Positions 1-12,970 of a DNA stretch of 64,000 nucleotides are shown piece by piece. The notes beneath the pieces were generated by a model, which saw only the letters and a program-made list of their open reading frames with translations, was not told the DNA's origin and did not search any database. How positions within the stretch are numbered: the first letter of the stretch is position 1; every line of letters begins with the position of its first letter. The translations under genes and the position numbers were made by a program. Source of the DNA: Octopus bimaculoides (Eukaryota); NCBI RefSeq assembly GCF_001194135.2, contig NC_068989.1, positions 47,824,725 to 47,888,724 on the forward strand, read 5' to 3'.

Positions 1-266
1 CACATAGATAAATAGATAAATACATACATATATATATAAAATCAAAATAAGCAACAAGGGTATTCAAGGTTAATGCAGTACGATCGATTCATTCGACTCC
101 ATTTATTTAAGCAATGTGAGCATTACATTAAATGTAAAATGCAGAGCAATCTTCAGCTGCACAAAGATACCGAAAATTTACTGAAATTTCATTTCAGTAG
201 AAGGACATATTATTGCAACAACATTTAAACAATCCTAGTGGGAAGGAAGAATACAAAAAACCCATT

Positions 267-1143
267 TTGGGTGTAGTGAATAAACAGTCGCCTAAATTAA
301 GCAAAAATGAAAATAACACTGACATCTCATTTTAACAGATATAATTACCAAAACTACATAAAAATATCTTGAGATGCTAAATTCATTCGATAACATGCTA
401 AATTTATTCAATAAAATTGCCATTGGCTTCAACCACGGCCTCCAGACGACTTTGGAATCATCTGCAACTCCTCTGGACGGGCTATTTGTTTAAGTTGGTG
501 AAAGCTGCCATAATCCTTGCTTTCAGTTCATCTTTGGTCTTACAAGGGGTTTTGTTGGTCTCTCGCTCAACTGCGCCCCACACATAATGATCAAGGGGGT
601 TGCAGTTTGGGGAGTTAGGTGGCCAGATGGTAGGGGTGATGTAGTCGCAGAAATTGTCTGACAGCGAAGACTGGGTTCTTCTGCTTGTGTAGCATGCTGC
701 ACAGTCCTGTTGCTAGTCACAGGGTCTTCCAGCAGCCACCTTTTGACCCAGAGCAGCACTACCTCCACCAGGTACTTGATGTCGGCTGCCGTATTGAGTC
801 TGAAACCGTGTGGGAAGATGAATAGAGGCATAATGTCGCCATCACTAGTGATCACTCCAAACACCATGTTGACTGGATGTTTGATTTTTATCACTCTCGG
901 TACATGTCCTCAGATTGCATTGTCCTCAGATTGACACCGAAACACTCTGAAATATTCGTATTGGAGCTTCCGGCGTGAATGCTAAGCAGTACAGTATGTC
1001 GTCTCCAAATTTCTAGCAGAGTGAATTGCGTAATGGTGCTGTTTTTATCACAGACGGTGTCCAACTGGCTCTACTATACTGTGCAGTCGACAAAATAAAA
1101 ACAAACCATGTGTATGCACGAAATCGAAAATATAAAATGGCGA
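267..1143 (-). mobile_element. Internally deleted Tc1/mariner element, maT (DD37D) type
   Basis: Minus strand reads KHPVNMVFGVITSDGDIMP, then in a shifted frame QQDCAACYTSRRTQSSLSDNFCDYITPTIWPPNSPNCNPLDHYVWGAVERET (37 residues between the Ds), ending RLEAVVEANGNFIE*. Degenerate TIR near 267-292. Same family as 46954-47668. Confidence 0.9.
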
Positions 1144-1156
1144 GAATTTACCCATT

Positions 1157-1385
1157 GCGAGCTGGAAGAAACGTTAGCACGCCGGGCGAAACGCTTAGCG
1201 GTATTTCGTCTGCCGTTACGCTCTGAGTTCAAATTCCGCCGAGGTCGACTTTACCTTTCATCCTTTCAGGGTCGATTAAATAAGTACCAGTTACGCACTG
1301 GGGTCGATGTAATCGACTTAATGCGTTTGTCTGTCCTTGTTTGTCCCCTCTGTGTGTAGCCCCTTGTGGGTAGTAAAGAAATAAT
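1157..1385 (+). mobile_element. tRNA-derived SINE, family A (near-consensus copy)
   Basis: Head gcgagctgg..., B-box-like gagttcaaattcc, body gtcgactttacctttcatcctttc...taagtaccagtt...ggggtcgat. Nearly identical to the reverse complement of 31579-31812 and 7381-7611. Confidence 0.9.
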
Positions 1386-2129
1386 ATATATATATATATA
1401 TACTATTGAACCTTGGGAGGGGCGTTATGCCGGTAATAATAAACACACGCTCTGGTTCGGTATTGCTCGTGTTGTTTCTTTTGAACTTATGTTCCAGTGT
1501 TGGGATTTGTCCGAAATCTGTCTGAGATGAGTATTTGAGTGTGCGTATGTCTGTATGTGTGTGTGTTTATACATAAGTGTGTGCATCTGCATGTGTGTGT
1601 GTGTTTTAAATACTGACTTATGTCATTTTTCATATTCATAAGATAGCGGTTTTGGTTTTCTCTTTGTTTTCTTCGCAAATGCATACATTCATCCAAATAA
1701 TGTTTCTCTCAAAGACAGTTAAACCGTCTTCTTTGTTTGATAAATGCTGAATGAATTGATGTCTATCAGTGCGTGAGTATGAGCATGCGTATGCGTGCAC
1801 ACGTGTCCGTGTGTGTATGGTAGGGTATATGTGTACGAGTGTGTGTCTGTGTTTGCGTGACTGTTTCTGCGAGCATGTGTCTGTGTCTTTGTGTCTCTTT
1901 TTTGTGTGTGTCCGTGAGTGTGTTGGTGTGTATGTGTGCGCATTCATATGTGTGTTCGTATGTGTTTGTGTGCACGTGTGTACTTCTGAATGCATGTTTC
2001 CGTGTGTGTGTATGTGTGTTTCAGTGTGGGGATGTATGTGTCCTTATTTGTCTTTGCATGTGTGTGTGAGTGTATGTCCGTTCGTGTATGTGTGTGTGTG
2101 TGCGTGTGCGCGCGCGCATCCATGGGTCT

Positions 2130-2720
2130 TTGTGAGGTCTTTGCCTATTGAGAGTATTTACTATTCAAAACCGGTCGTGTTTCGTTTATGAAGACTGATT
2201 ATCGTATCTGTCGTAGCGATGCGTCGGTTAGGTGTCTAGACAGGATTTCTATGTTAATTCGGTTCAGCAAACCACCATGTTGTACTTCGGCATGCTGGTA
2301 GAGTATCGGGTCTTGTCTTTGGTCCCAGTACTCCCTCCAATATCCATTTATACGCTCGGCCAAACTTCTCACCGTTTCACCTATGTATGCAGTCTTCTGG
2401 TTTTTACAATCATCATCTGTGCAGTCTATTTGGTAAACTACATTTCTGATTTTGCCGTTTATACCAAGGTTATATTTGTACACTACACAGTTCTCCTCTA
2501 CACACGTGGTCTTTCTCAAGAGGTATGTTTTGCATATTATTAACCTGATGGATCTCCCTGGATTTTCCATGACTTTTATGTTCAACTTAGTATCCTTCAG
2601 GATTTTTCTAATTCTGCGGTCTAGCTCCCCGTGGGGTGTGGCTTCTACAAACACCACCCCTTGGAACTAGTTGGCATTGTACCACGTGTTCTTTTTGTTC
2701 GTCTTATCATAAGCTATTTG
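2130..2720 (-). mobile_element. Penelope-like element remnant, GIY-YIG endonuclease domain
   Basis: ORF 2199-2657 contains NVVYQIDC...TAYIGETVRSLAERINGYWRE...ILYQHAEVQHGG and continues past a stop as VFINETRPVLNSK. Confidence 0.85.
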
Positions 2721-3130
2721 TATTTTATTCCAGTGTTTACTAGTACCTAGATTGTATTCGATCGGCATCCTTATTTACAATCTCTTCAAATTTCTTGCTA
2801 GACTCCACTGTACACACGGATCCGTGCGTGCGTGCGTGCGTGCGTGCGTGTGTGTGTTTTTGTGTGTGTGTACGTGGGTGCGTAAAATGAAACAGAAAAG
2901 AAGGATAAATAAGGGAGGAGATGATCGCCAGAAAAGTAGGTGATACTAATTATAATTTGCGATTTAAGCTTAAGGACTAGAATTTTGAGAGGAATTAGTA
3001 ACGGGATTGCATCGCTAGTGCTGTGAACCTCGGCAGAGTTTAAACTGAGAAGGTACAGATAGATGAAATACTGTTAACCAATTTGCCTGATGCACACGAA
3101 TCTTCTTGGTAACCGCCTCAGTAATGATAG

Positions 3131-3383
3131 TTCCAAATTGTGACACAAGGCCAGCAATTTCTGGGAAAGTGGATAAGTCGATTACAGCGACCCCATTGTT
3201 CAACTGGTACTTATTTTATATATCCCGAAAGGATTAAAGGTAAAGTCGATCACATCGGTATTGGCTTTGGCTTTCATCCTTTCGAGGTCGACAGAATAGG
3301 TACCAGCTGAACCCTGGGGTTGATGCTATCGACTTGTCCCCTCACCCAAAATAACTGGCCGTATGCAAAACTTGAAACAATAA
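3131..3383. mobile_element. Two 5'-truncated SINE A halves in fold-back orientation
   Basis: 3131-3253 is the minus-strand 3' half and 3265-3383 the plus-strand 3' half; both stop near the gtcgactttgcctttc motif. Confidence 0.8.
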
Positions 3384-3393
3384 TTATTATTAT

Positions 3394-3602
3394 CCTTTTA
3401 TCACAGGTTTTTTTGGAATTCCTGGAATCTTGCATGCGTAGCGGGCTTGCTACCTCCAGCCTACGGTACCATGCTATGCGTTCTTTTCAGCAATCTAATG
3501 CTTTCCTGATTATTCTGGCCGTGCCAAGTAGGAAAGCCTTTTGTAACAGTTCTACTGGGCACTCTATTCCAATTTTCTTGATATTCCGCTTGATGTCTTC
3601 TT
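3394..3602 (-). mobile_element. 3' end of an R4/Dong-type (RLE) non-LTR retrotransposon
   Basis: Minus frame EDIKRNIKKIGIECPVELLQKAFLLGTARIIRKALDC* matches the LQK..LLGTA.I.RK.L C-terminus. Short 3' UTR; (TTA)n on both sides. Confidence 0.8.
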
Positions 3603-3628
3603 TTATTATTATTATTATTATTATTATA

Positions 3629-3676
<48 letters not shown>

Positions 3677-3698
3677 GTTGTTGTTGTTGTTGTTGTTG

Positions 3699-3770
<72 letters not shown>
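3603..3770. repeat. (ATT)n/(GTT)n compound microsatellite
   Basis: Read directly from the sequence. Confidence 0.98.
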
Positions 3771-3771
<1 letters not shown>

Positions 3772-3990
3772 AGCTGCGAGCTGGCAGAGTCGTTAGCGCG
3801 TCGAGCGGAATGCTTAGCGGTATCTCACCTGTCACTGAGTTCTGAGTTCAAATTCCACCGAGGTCGATTTTGCCTTCAATCTTTTCAGGGTCGATAAATT
3901 AAGTACCAGTTGAGTACAGGGCCGATGAAATTGACTAGCCCCCTTCCCCAAAATTTCAGGCCTTGTGCCTATAATACAAAGGATTGTTAT
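3771..3990 (+). mobile_element. SINE family A copy
   Basis: gcgagctggcagagtcgttagc...gagttcaaattccaccgaggtcga...tail ggccttgtgcctataatacaaaggatt. Confidence 0.88.
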
Positions 3991-5989
3991 TTTTATTAAG
4001 GCAGCGAGCTGGCAGAATGATTAGCGCATGGGGCAAAATGCATTTATTCCGGCTCTAGACGCAAGGCTAACAAATTATATAACTAGTACTTAATTTTATT
4101 GTTCCTGTGTATAGGAGTGTTAGCAATCCCGCGAAGCATTCTGCTAATCCATTGCCTTATATAATGATATAATAATTATAATAGGGTTAAAGATCGATAA
4201 TAACAGGAATTGTTGTAATGACAAAGATAATGATATTAATACTGATGCTATTAGTACTCCGTTCATCTAAGTGCAAGAGAACGGGATAATTCTAATAAGA
4301 TTGGCCAGCCGAAAATTTACGAGAATAAATTAATTTAGATTGGTGTGGGTCTTGTTTTAAGGTTTTAAACACCACACTTGGGAGGTTTTCACTACTAAAT
4401 GCTTAGATAATTAGGGTTAATCACATTCAGTTTGTGATAGCGTATCTCATGTATGTTTAGTATGCAATTAGTGTATTTAATATTTGTTCTCTGTAGCACA
4501 TTATATCGCAGCTTTCGGTGAGGTATCAGCTGAGGAGTTCGGAAGAGCAAAAGGTAGCCAATCAGTTATCATTGCTCCTTAGTCCGTTCTGACTCGGTAT
4601 GGTGGTAACTGTCAAGGCTTCTTTTTATGCGTCAACGAACCGAAAATGATACTGTGACTAAGGTGTAGACATGGAGGAAGGTTTGCCCTATAGACATGTT
4701 TCACATAAATAAGCCCACTGGTGTAGTGATATCATGTGATGTCACGTGAACCAGTCTTCTTAACAAAGGGAGAGTAGGAGACTTACTCAGTAAACAGTGT
4801 TGAATTCTTCCGAAGGATCACCAGGTTCTCTAAAACAGATATGATATACGAAGATAGTGGGAATATAAAGATCATTTTAGGGGGTAATTTGATACACTCC
4901 TGTTTTATATATACCGTACCAGTGTCACTAATTTCTTCTATTTATATACTAATCATATCTAAATCTTACCATTTGAATAGAGTATTCCTCACTGAGGACG
5001 AACAATAAGATAGAGCCATGTCTGCTACTTTCATCATTTGGCTTTAAGTACAACATACCCTTTCGTCTGCTTCATCGTTATTTTCAAAATATTTCTATTT
5101 CCTTTGGCTAATTTTATAAGAGTTATTTCCCATCATAGCAGCTTTTAGGTTTTAAACATTATAAGGTAATTATTTTACAAATTGCATTCATAATCTAAAT
5201 TAATTAAAACTATTTCCCCGCACTATATTACATATGAGAGACATTATTGCACGCATACAAGTATACCCCTGGTGTGATACAGAAGAAGACTACCACCCCA
5301 TTCGTTCTCTTTCTTCATCGCTATTTACTAATACGATGTTGTGTGCAACTGTTGGTATATCTGACGTAATGCTAGACTAGAATTACATAATATGCAACTA
5401 CTATCACTACTACTAACAAAAGTAGCCAAAACAGCAGAAGCAGCAACTACTGCAGCGATGGTTGTGGTAGTAGTGGCGGTTCTGTTATTTGCCGCTGTAG
5501 ATGTAATATTAATAGGGGATGGAAACGGTAGGGGATGGCAAGTAATGTTACCCAGTGAATTAATTACGAAGGGAAACAATATACGTGGCTCACACGCATG
5601 ATTGCATTTAACAACTGGTCTGTGTGTCATGACTGGAACGGAGAACACGTATAATAATCATCCATTAGAACATTTACTACACTTTCTGTAAAAATAATGA
5701 TGTGACGCGTTAGCAGAAACGTTATAGCGTTAGAACTATTGTCTTATAGTATGTTTGTTTCTTTAAAGAACGATAAGTATTAATGTCCTAGAGTCGGTGC
5801 TAGTCGATTATTAACAATCATAAAACAAGATGAATTTGTGTGCAGTGAAGTGATGTTAGTATAAGCGTGTCGGGTAAAAAATACATCTATGGTGAAATAA
5901 CGTGATTTATTTCTTATCTTTATAGAAAGTAAAGAAGTTAGCAGCCATGAGTCTTTACAGAGCCTCCTAGAAGAGAAAGAGAGGGGGAG

Positions 5990-5993
5990 AGGG

Positions 5994-6064
<71 letters not shown>
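5990..6064. repeat. (GA)n microsatellite
   Basis: Read directly from the sequence. Confidence 0.98.
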
Positions 6065-6068
<4 letters not shown>

Positions 6069-7380
6069 TTAGAGTGAAAACGGAGGCATTCGCTCGAATG
6101 CTTACAACGAAGTTGGTTCTGCTATACCTACCCAAGATACCAGATGGTGGTGTAAAATTGGATTAGGAATGAAAATATTTTTTTTCATCAACTGACTTAC
6201 GCTTTTGTCTGTGCAGAGCAGCCCTTATTTTCTCAAATCCTGATTCTCTTCTTTGCTTATTGATTTTCTCCGATCCTTAAACATTGCTACTCTTGTTCTA
6301 ACGAACTCATTTTCTTTCCTGATTGACTTTATTATCACTAAAAGTTTTTAGCATTTTACTAATGTTCTTTCCTAACTGGTTTCCTCGATCTCTAAAAATT
6401 TCTACCTCTGCTATAATGTACTAATTTTTCAGCTAACTGATTGTACTTAAATTTTTTTTCTAATATAAATAAACTTATTTAATCCCTAAAAATTTCTACT
6501 CTTGTTCTAATTTTCAAATTATTTCCTTATGTCATATTTTTGTTTTTATTCTTGCTTCTTAATATCGAGAGTATGTTCTGAGCATAGTGGCATTTAGAAC
6601 GAATTATACGTAACAGAAAATTATTAAACCGCTTTCCTTTCCATATTCTATACATCAGAGTGTATATAGCACTACATTATCTGATATTTCCTTCCTTCCT
6701 TTTGCGGGACGGTTTGATGTGACTTGACGACGTAGTGGTTACGTTTTTGTAATAGGTGGAGAGAATGAGTAGAAATAGCTTGCTTAATTGGCTTGTTCTC
6801 CTGTTCTATAATTTAAATTTAGAGTGGAACAATTTTGCTAAACCTTCCTTTCGTCGTGGATTTTCTCTGCTTCATTTTATATTACTGCATTTTATTTTCT
6901 TTCTTTTCATTTTACTTTATTTTACTTTGTTTTATTTCGATACGTATTCATTTATAGAAGTAAATAAAACTGGGGCATTTGTAGACAATTTGAAGAGAAT
7001 GTGCATCATCAAGTTTACGACTTAAAGCGTGTTTGCACAAGAATATCAATGATGCAAGTAACAACTACTGCAACAAAATGGAATCCCCTTTGTGATTACT
7101 CGACATACTTTAAATAACAGCACAATTTCCCTTAATATCACTCACTACGTTTTTTAAATGATCGAAGAACACATTAGATAATCTATACTGAGATATATTA
7201 TGTGTGAAGAAAATGTTATAGCTTTAAATGATCGCGAACATAAGTGTGTTCGATCAGGGTTGATTGAGGTTAAACAACAACAACCAAACGGAACTTCTCT
7301 ACCATTTTCAGCAACAGATCTGTCGCGTGAGGTTCTAGTAATAATTCCCAGGTATCTCTTAAATCATGGCCTACTATATT

Positions 7381-7611
7381 TATTTCTTTATTGCCCACAG
7401 GGAGCTAAACATAGAGGGGGCAAACAATGACAGACAAAGGGATTTAGTTGATTGCATCGACCCCAGTGCGTAACTGGTACTTATTTAATCAACCCCGAAA
7501 AGATGAAAGGCAAAGTCGACCACAGCGGAATCTGAACTCACAGCATAACGGCAGACGAAATACCGCTGAGCATTTCGCCCGGCGTGCTAACGATTCTGCC
7601 AGCTTACCGCC
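7381..7611 (-). mobile_element. SINE family A copy
   Basis: Reverse complement of 1157-1385, including the same tail type. Confidence 0.9.
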
Positions 7612-8619
7612 CATGGCCTATTATATTAGGATTTGATGAATAGAATGCCTTACTGTTTTCGTTCCGATCTTACGCGCTCTAAGTTCATGTCATGCCGAGG
7701 TTTTACTTTGCCTTTCCTCTTTTCAGAGTCGGAAAAAAAACAGTATCAATTCAAGGTGGTGATTGAACAGTAAAAATGTCTGAACATGTAACTTGCAGGA
7801 CTTACTTCGGATTCCTTATGTACTGGGTTCAAATCCCACTGTAGCCTACTTGGCTTGTACACTTAATACATCGCCCCACTTAACTCCAACACCTGGGATC
7901 TTATATCTCTTTAGCGAATTTCATTCTGTTGCAGGCATTCGGGCCAGATCTCTAGCCTGAAAATATCATCCTCCTTTCTATCAGCTTTCAAGGTTCTGTA
8001 AAGAGTTGTGGGTACCGCCTTACCTCCTGACTAAAACTTTATTTTTAAGAAAATGAATGAAAAAGACATTACATAATATATGTAGTCTCGGGTACACTCT
8101 GTCTGAAAACATTGCTTGGGCGCTAAACCACAACAATAATTGTCATCATTAACACCAACACCGTATGAAGCAACACTGAAACCGCACCCCACCCCACCCA
8201 CCTTTCAACTCAACTCGTACCAATAATAATAACAATAGCATCATATGAATCAATAAAAGAAATATCGGCACCATAGCTCAATGACAGAACTTCTAAATCG
8301 ATCTATTAGGTATGGTAAACGAATTACCTCATATCACATCAGGAAAAGACCCAATCGTCATGGAGGAACTGCTTTTGATATCATCTCTTCACGATCGGGA
8401 TTGACCTGGAGTTAAGCAACAGAACCATCATCACCATCAGTACCATAATTACTCATTTCTATGCTCCAAAACAGTGCCAGATACTACGACTGGCAAAACT
8501 AATTCTACTCGACCAACAGCTTAAAGTACCTCTGCCAGAAATAGAAAGCTAATAACTTATCAAAGTATCTATATTATCCTGCTTATCATTTCATGTGTTC
8601 GAGAGTGACTTTTTTAACG

Positions 8620-9300
8620 AACTTGTCTATGGAAAGATAGCAAAGATATAATTGAAAACTTATAAAAAAGCAAGGACGATTGTTACTCTTTAAGAGACCT
8701 TAACTCTAGGATCAAATAGGAAACATAATCGAAATCTTGGATATAATGAAACGAGAACAATTGCTACACTTTAAATAACCTCGTTCATGGAACGAAATCG
8801 GGGATATAATCGAAATCTTCATCAATATGAATCCTGGACGATTGTTACGTTTTATACAATCATGTCTATGGAGCAAACTCAGAAACATAATCAAAATATT
8901 TTCTTTTCATGAAACCAGAATAATTGTTACTCTAAACAAACTTTATGGAACAAAATCAGAGATATAACCAAAATCTTTGACATAATGAAACAAGGACGAT
9001 CGTAACTCTTTGTGGAACTTTGTCTATGGAACGAGATCAGAAACATAATCGAATTGTTTACTTTGATGAAACGTGAATGATTGTTGTGTTTTAAGGGTGA
9101 TTACCTGGGAACGAAATAAGAATCATAATCGAAATCTTTTGGATAATGAAAAAAGGAAGACAAGTTTAACTGTGGAACAAAATGAGAGATATAATCAATA
9201 ACTTTGACATAATTAGACAAGGGCGATTGTTGCACTTTAAACAACCTTAAATATGAAACGCTATCAGCGATATAATCGGAATCTTTAATATAATGAAACA
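8620..9300. repeat. Degenerate ~80-bp minisatellite, about 9 units
   Basis: Motif tatggaac(g/a)aaatcagagatataatcgaaatc...taatgaaac..ggacgattgtt recurs at about 8628, 8706, 8786, 8866, 8944, 9025, 9105, 9171 and 9252. Confidence 0.85.
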
Positions 9301-10984
9301 ATGTTATGAAAATGTATAAATTTATGCATTAAAATAGGAATAAGAATATTTATAAAATGTGGAATTCCCACCATTCCCTCGAGTGTTAATTAATAAATAT
9401 TCTATGAATACCAATGTGTTGTTTCTAATTAAGAAATATTAATTTCTAGCATCGCAGTAATAATGCACTTGAGTGCTGAGAGAAGAATCGATTAAACCAA
9501 ACACCAATATTTCACTGCCACTTAATTTATTGATCTTGGAGGGTTGAAATATAAAGCTGGATCGAGCAGAATTTGAACTCAGAAACGTAAAGGATCTTAA
9601 CTGAACACAAAGCAAAGTCTGTTGTAGATTGACTCGTCGAAATCGACTTTTTCTTTTATCCTTTGGTGATCGAAAACGATAAATAACCGTAAAGTACACA
9701 GGTCGATATGACTGAGTTTTTCTTTCACCACTAAAAGTTGTGCTCATATACAAAAATCATTCTCCAACAGCCGGTGGGCTCTCAGAGAAAACGTTCTCCC
9801 GGTATTTATTTCGACTGCCCACACTTAGACTTCAAATACGACTGAGATCAACTTTACTTTTCATCATTTCGGGAACAATAATATATAACCAATCCAGGGT
9901 AGCTGATTGGCGGAAGTGCAAGAACGTCAAACCGGAAACCTGGCAGTATTTCTACCTGCTTTGTGTATTCTGAGTTCACACCTCGCAGTGGCGTAGTTGG
10001 GTTGTAGAATTAATCAGTCAGCCGGCTTACCAACGCCACTGACTAGGATTCGCGAAGATTCTGAAAATATTCCAGGCATTGCTTTCATTTCTAAATAAAA
10101 GGTAAAAAGACAAACAAAAGTAAAATGTTGATCTGTATAGCATTTACAATGTGTCTACCGATGAAGGACGACATTCTCTCACAGAAATGTTTCAAACAGA
10201 TTTGTGTGCTAAAAACTGTTCTTTGCTCTTTACAGCTGTATTAAGTGCGTATAAAATTTTAAACTGAAGATATTTAAAATGTGTTTCCTAATACAGGCAT
10301 AGTAGAATAGTTAAGAACTTCTCTTTGTAGTAAGAATCTGGATAAAATTCCATTGCGTGACATGTTCCTTAAGTATCTTTTACCAGTACTCCAGACCAAC
10401 ACGAGGTTTGTGGATGAAACTCGGTCGGCGAAAACTGTGTGGAAGCCTGTTAGATTACTTGTAATTGTAATTCAAAGGACCAACATCATCATGTTGTCCT
10501 GATGATGATTCACCCTGTAAAATACGCTATAAACACATGCATTTCTGATATATTCTTCTACTTTCATGCTAATTCAATGACTAGACTGTTCTGCTGATTG
10601 AGTAATTGGAATATTTATCATCGAAACTGACGGAGATCCATATATATTTTTCTCTCTTTTTCTTAATTTTCAGGAATGAACAAAAGAAACATTGGTTAAT
10701 AGATGTAAATCAATAAAAAAACTTACATTAATTTTTTAAATATTTTTAAGTGACTGTAAATAAGATGGCTTTGAGCAGGATGCAATATAAATCACAAGGT
10801 CAGCTTTCAACACCGGTTTGTGAATGTTATTTAAAATATTTACGAGATAACATTTTGGTAGCGATAGATGGGTGCAAGTTGGCTAAGTTGTAAGAACGCT
10901 CAACAGAATTACCTTGTAGTACTTATTCCAGCTGATTGCTCGTTGAGTTCAACTTTGTCTTTTAATATTTCAGAAGTGATATAA

Positions 10985-11405
10985 GGCTGTGAGATGGCAG
11001 AATCATTTGCAAGTTGTGCATAATGCTTAGACTTCAAATTCCGTCGAGGTCGACTTTGCCTTTCATCTTTTCGGAGTGGGTAAATTAAGTGCCAGTTGAG
11101 AGTGGGGTCAATGTAATCAACTTATCCCGCCCCTTAAATTGCTGGCCTTATACCAAAATTTGTAACCAATATTTCAGGAGTGATAAAGTACCAATTCCAA
11201 TAATAGTCTTATCTACTAGAGGCACAAGGCCTGGAATTTGTGGGTAGAGGATAATGGAATACATCTACACCAATATTTAAATAGTACTTTAGTCTTTCAA
11301 TCCCGAAAGATTGAAGGGCAAGTTTGACCTGGGCGGTATTTCAACTCGAAACGTAACGAGTCGGAAGAAATGCCACTAAACATTTTGCCAGAGTCGCTAA
11401 CGATT
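10985..11405. mobile_element. Two SINE A copies, tail-to-tail inverted
   Basis: Plus copy about 10985-11170 and minus copy about 11205-11405 share the body and B-box motifs. Confidence 0.75.
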
Positions 11406-12969
11406 TCCAAATAATCTTGCAGTTCTCAAAAAAAAAAAAAAAAAGACAAAAAGAAAAATAATAATGGATAAATAAAAAGTGATTTTTCTATGCAATTTTG
11501 TACAGATATAAATATATATACGCATCATACATATTCGAAATTAAACTAAGAATAATTACTCAGAATATCACAATTATAAAATATTATGTATTACTGATAA
11601 TTACCAAATACTATTTAAAAATAATGCCTATTTGATAATTAATACGTTATTTCAATGAAATAAAACATCATATCTTGTCGTAGATTTTTGCTGCAGATTT
11701 TTACTAACAGCCTGTTTCAATATACGAAATACAACTATAAATAACATATTCCAAAAGATATTTAAGTTATTACATTAAATTACACAGGATATCCTAATTA
11801 TATGATGTATATTCTAAAATATCCGAATGCTATTGAAAATAATACCTACTTAAATAAATAAATATGACTGTATAATAGCAATCATGGAGAACAAACTTAT
11901 TGTTATTATAAGTCATGGTTTAATATTATTATCGTTTCGATGTGTAACTTGACCAGAAAAACTGTGTTTTCCAATAATAATGTTAGTTATTTTCTTATGA
12001 TACCCATTTAAATTATAAAATTAAATTTCTCTCTGTTGATAGATATTTTCACAATAATAATGAATTCGCAATGTATTATATAAATATTTTCAAAGAAAGC
12101 GATTATTATGAATGCACAGAAGTAAACATAGATATAAACCACTGTTGTATTCATCTAATAATATTCATTTATACAATCAGTTACAATCATTACAATGAGA
12201 TGGGATTATATAATATTGAATAGTGATATAATAATAGAATTACTGTTAACAATTTCCAATATCAGTTCAAAAAGTAACCGCGGCCGACCAACGATAGGCA
12301 GACAAGCAGTTCCATTCCTATAGCTGATTCCTAGCATTTTTAAAATCTAATGAGGCTCTTCATTCGATATATCGTGAGTTAATAATTGTCGTAGTTTAAA
12401 AGTCTCTATAAGAAAGTGCCTTTGAGCAGTTTCTTGAAGAGACTTTTTTTTTAATTTCCCAGTACTTGAAACAAACGAAAATTTATTCATTATGTTTATC
12501 TATCTATATGATCAGGTTCCAGTTTATGTGCTGTAATATATAATATACTGCTTCTCTGAAATCTCTGTTGTTACTAAATATCAGCTATAAAAATTCAGTA
12601 TAATTTTCAGTCTATTTGTCTTAAAAGATAATAACCAAATATGTTACTGTTTAAACCTCAGGAAAAAATATACAATGTAATACTATACAAAAACCAGTTA
12701 AAGTAAAACAAAACCAGTTACGTAAAGCAAACAATTACAGTTACTACATGTCTGAAAAGAGTATAGCTTAAAATATTTTTCAGTTATTGACCATGTCTCT
12801 AGTAATATATTTTCACACAAATCTCTATTATTAATAAAGATGACCCGTAAAATCTCAGGATGATATTGTCTGCTATATTTTTACAGACATAACAACTTAT
12901 GTTAGCTGGCTGAAGCCATAGGAACCAAGTAGTATAGCAATATATTAAAACAGTTAAAGTTTACAGTTC

Positions 12970-12970
<1 letters not shown>

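Noticed and set aside
4500-4570. Hammerhead-like CTGAGGA-gttc-ggaa-gagc-AAAA
   Set aside because: Stem II is plausible, but G12 is missing and no convincing stem I or III could be formed. The surrounding 4290-5060 block may be an unclassified repeat.
8620-9300. CRISPR-like array
   Set aside because: The entire unit is homologous between copies, there are no unique spacers or identical repeats, no cas genes, and the context is eukaryotic.
10150-10200. Hammerhead-like CCGATGAagg...GAAA
   Set aside because: The core is mutated and no stems pair.
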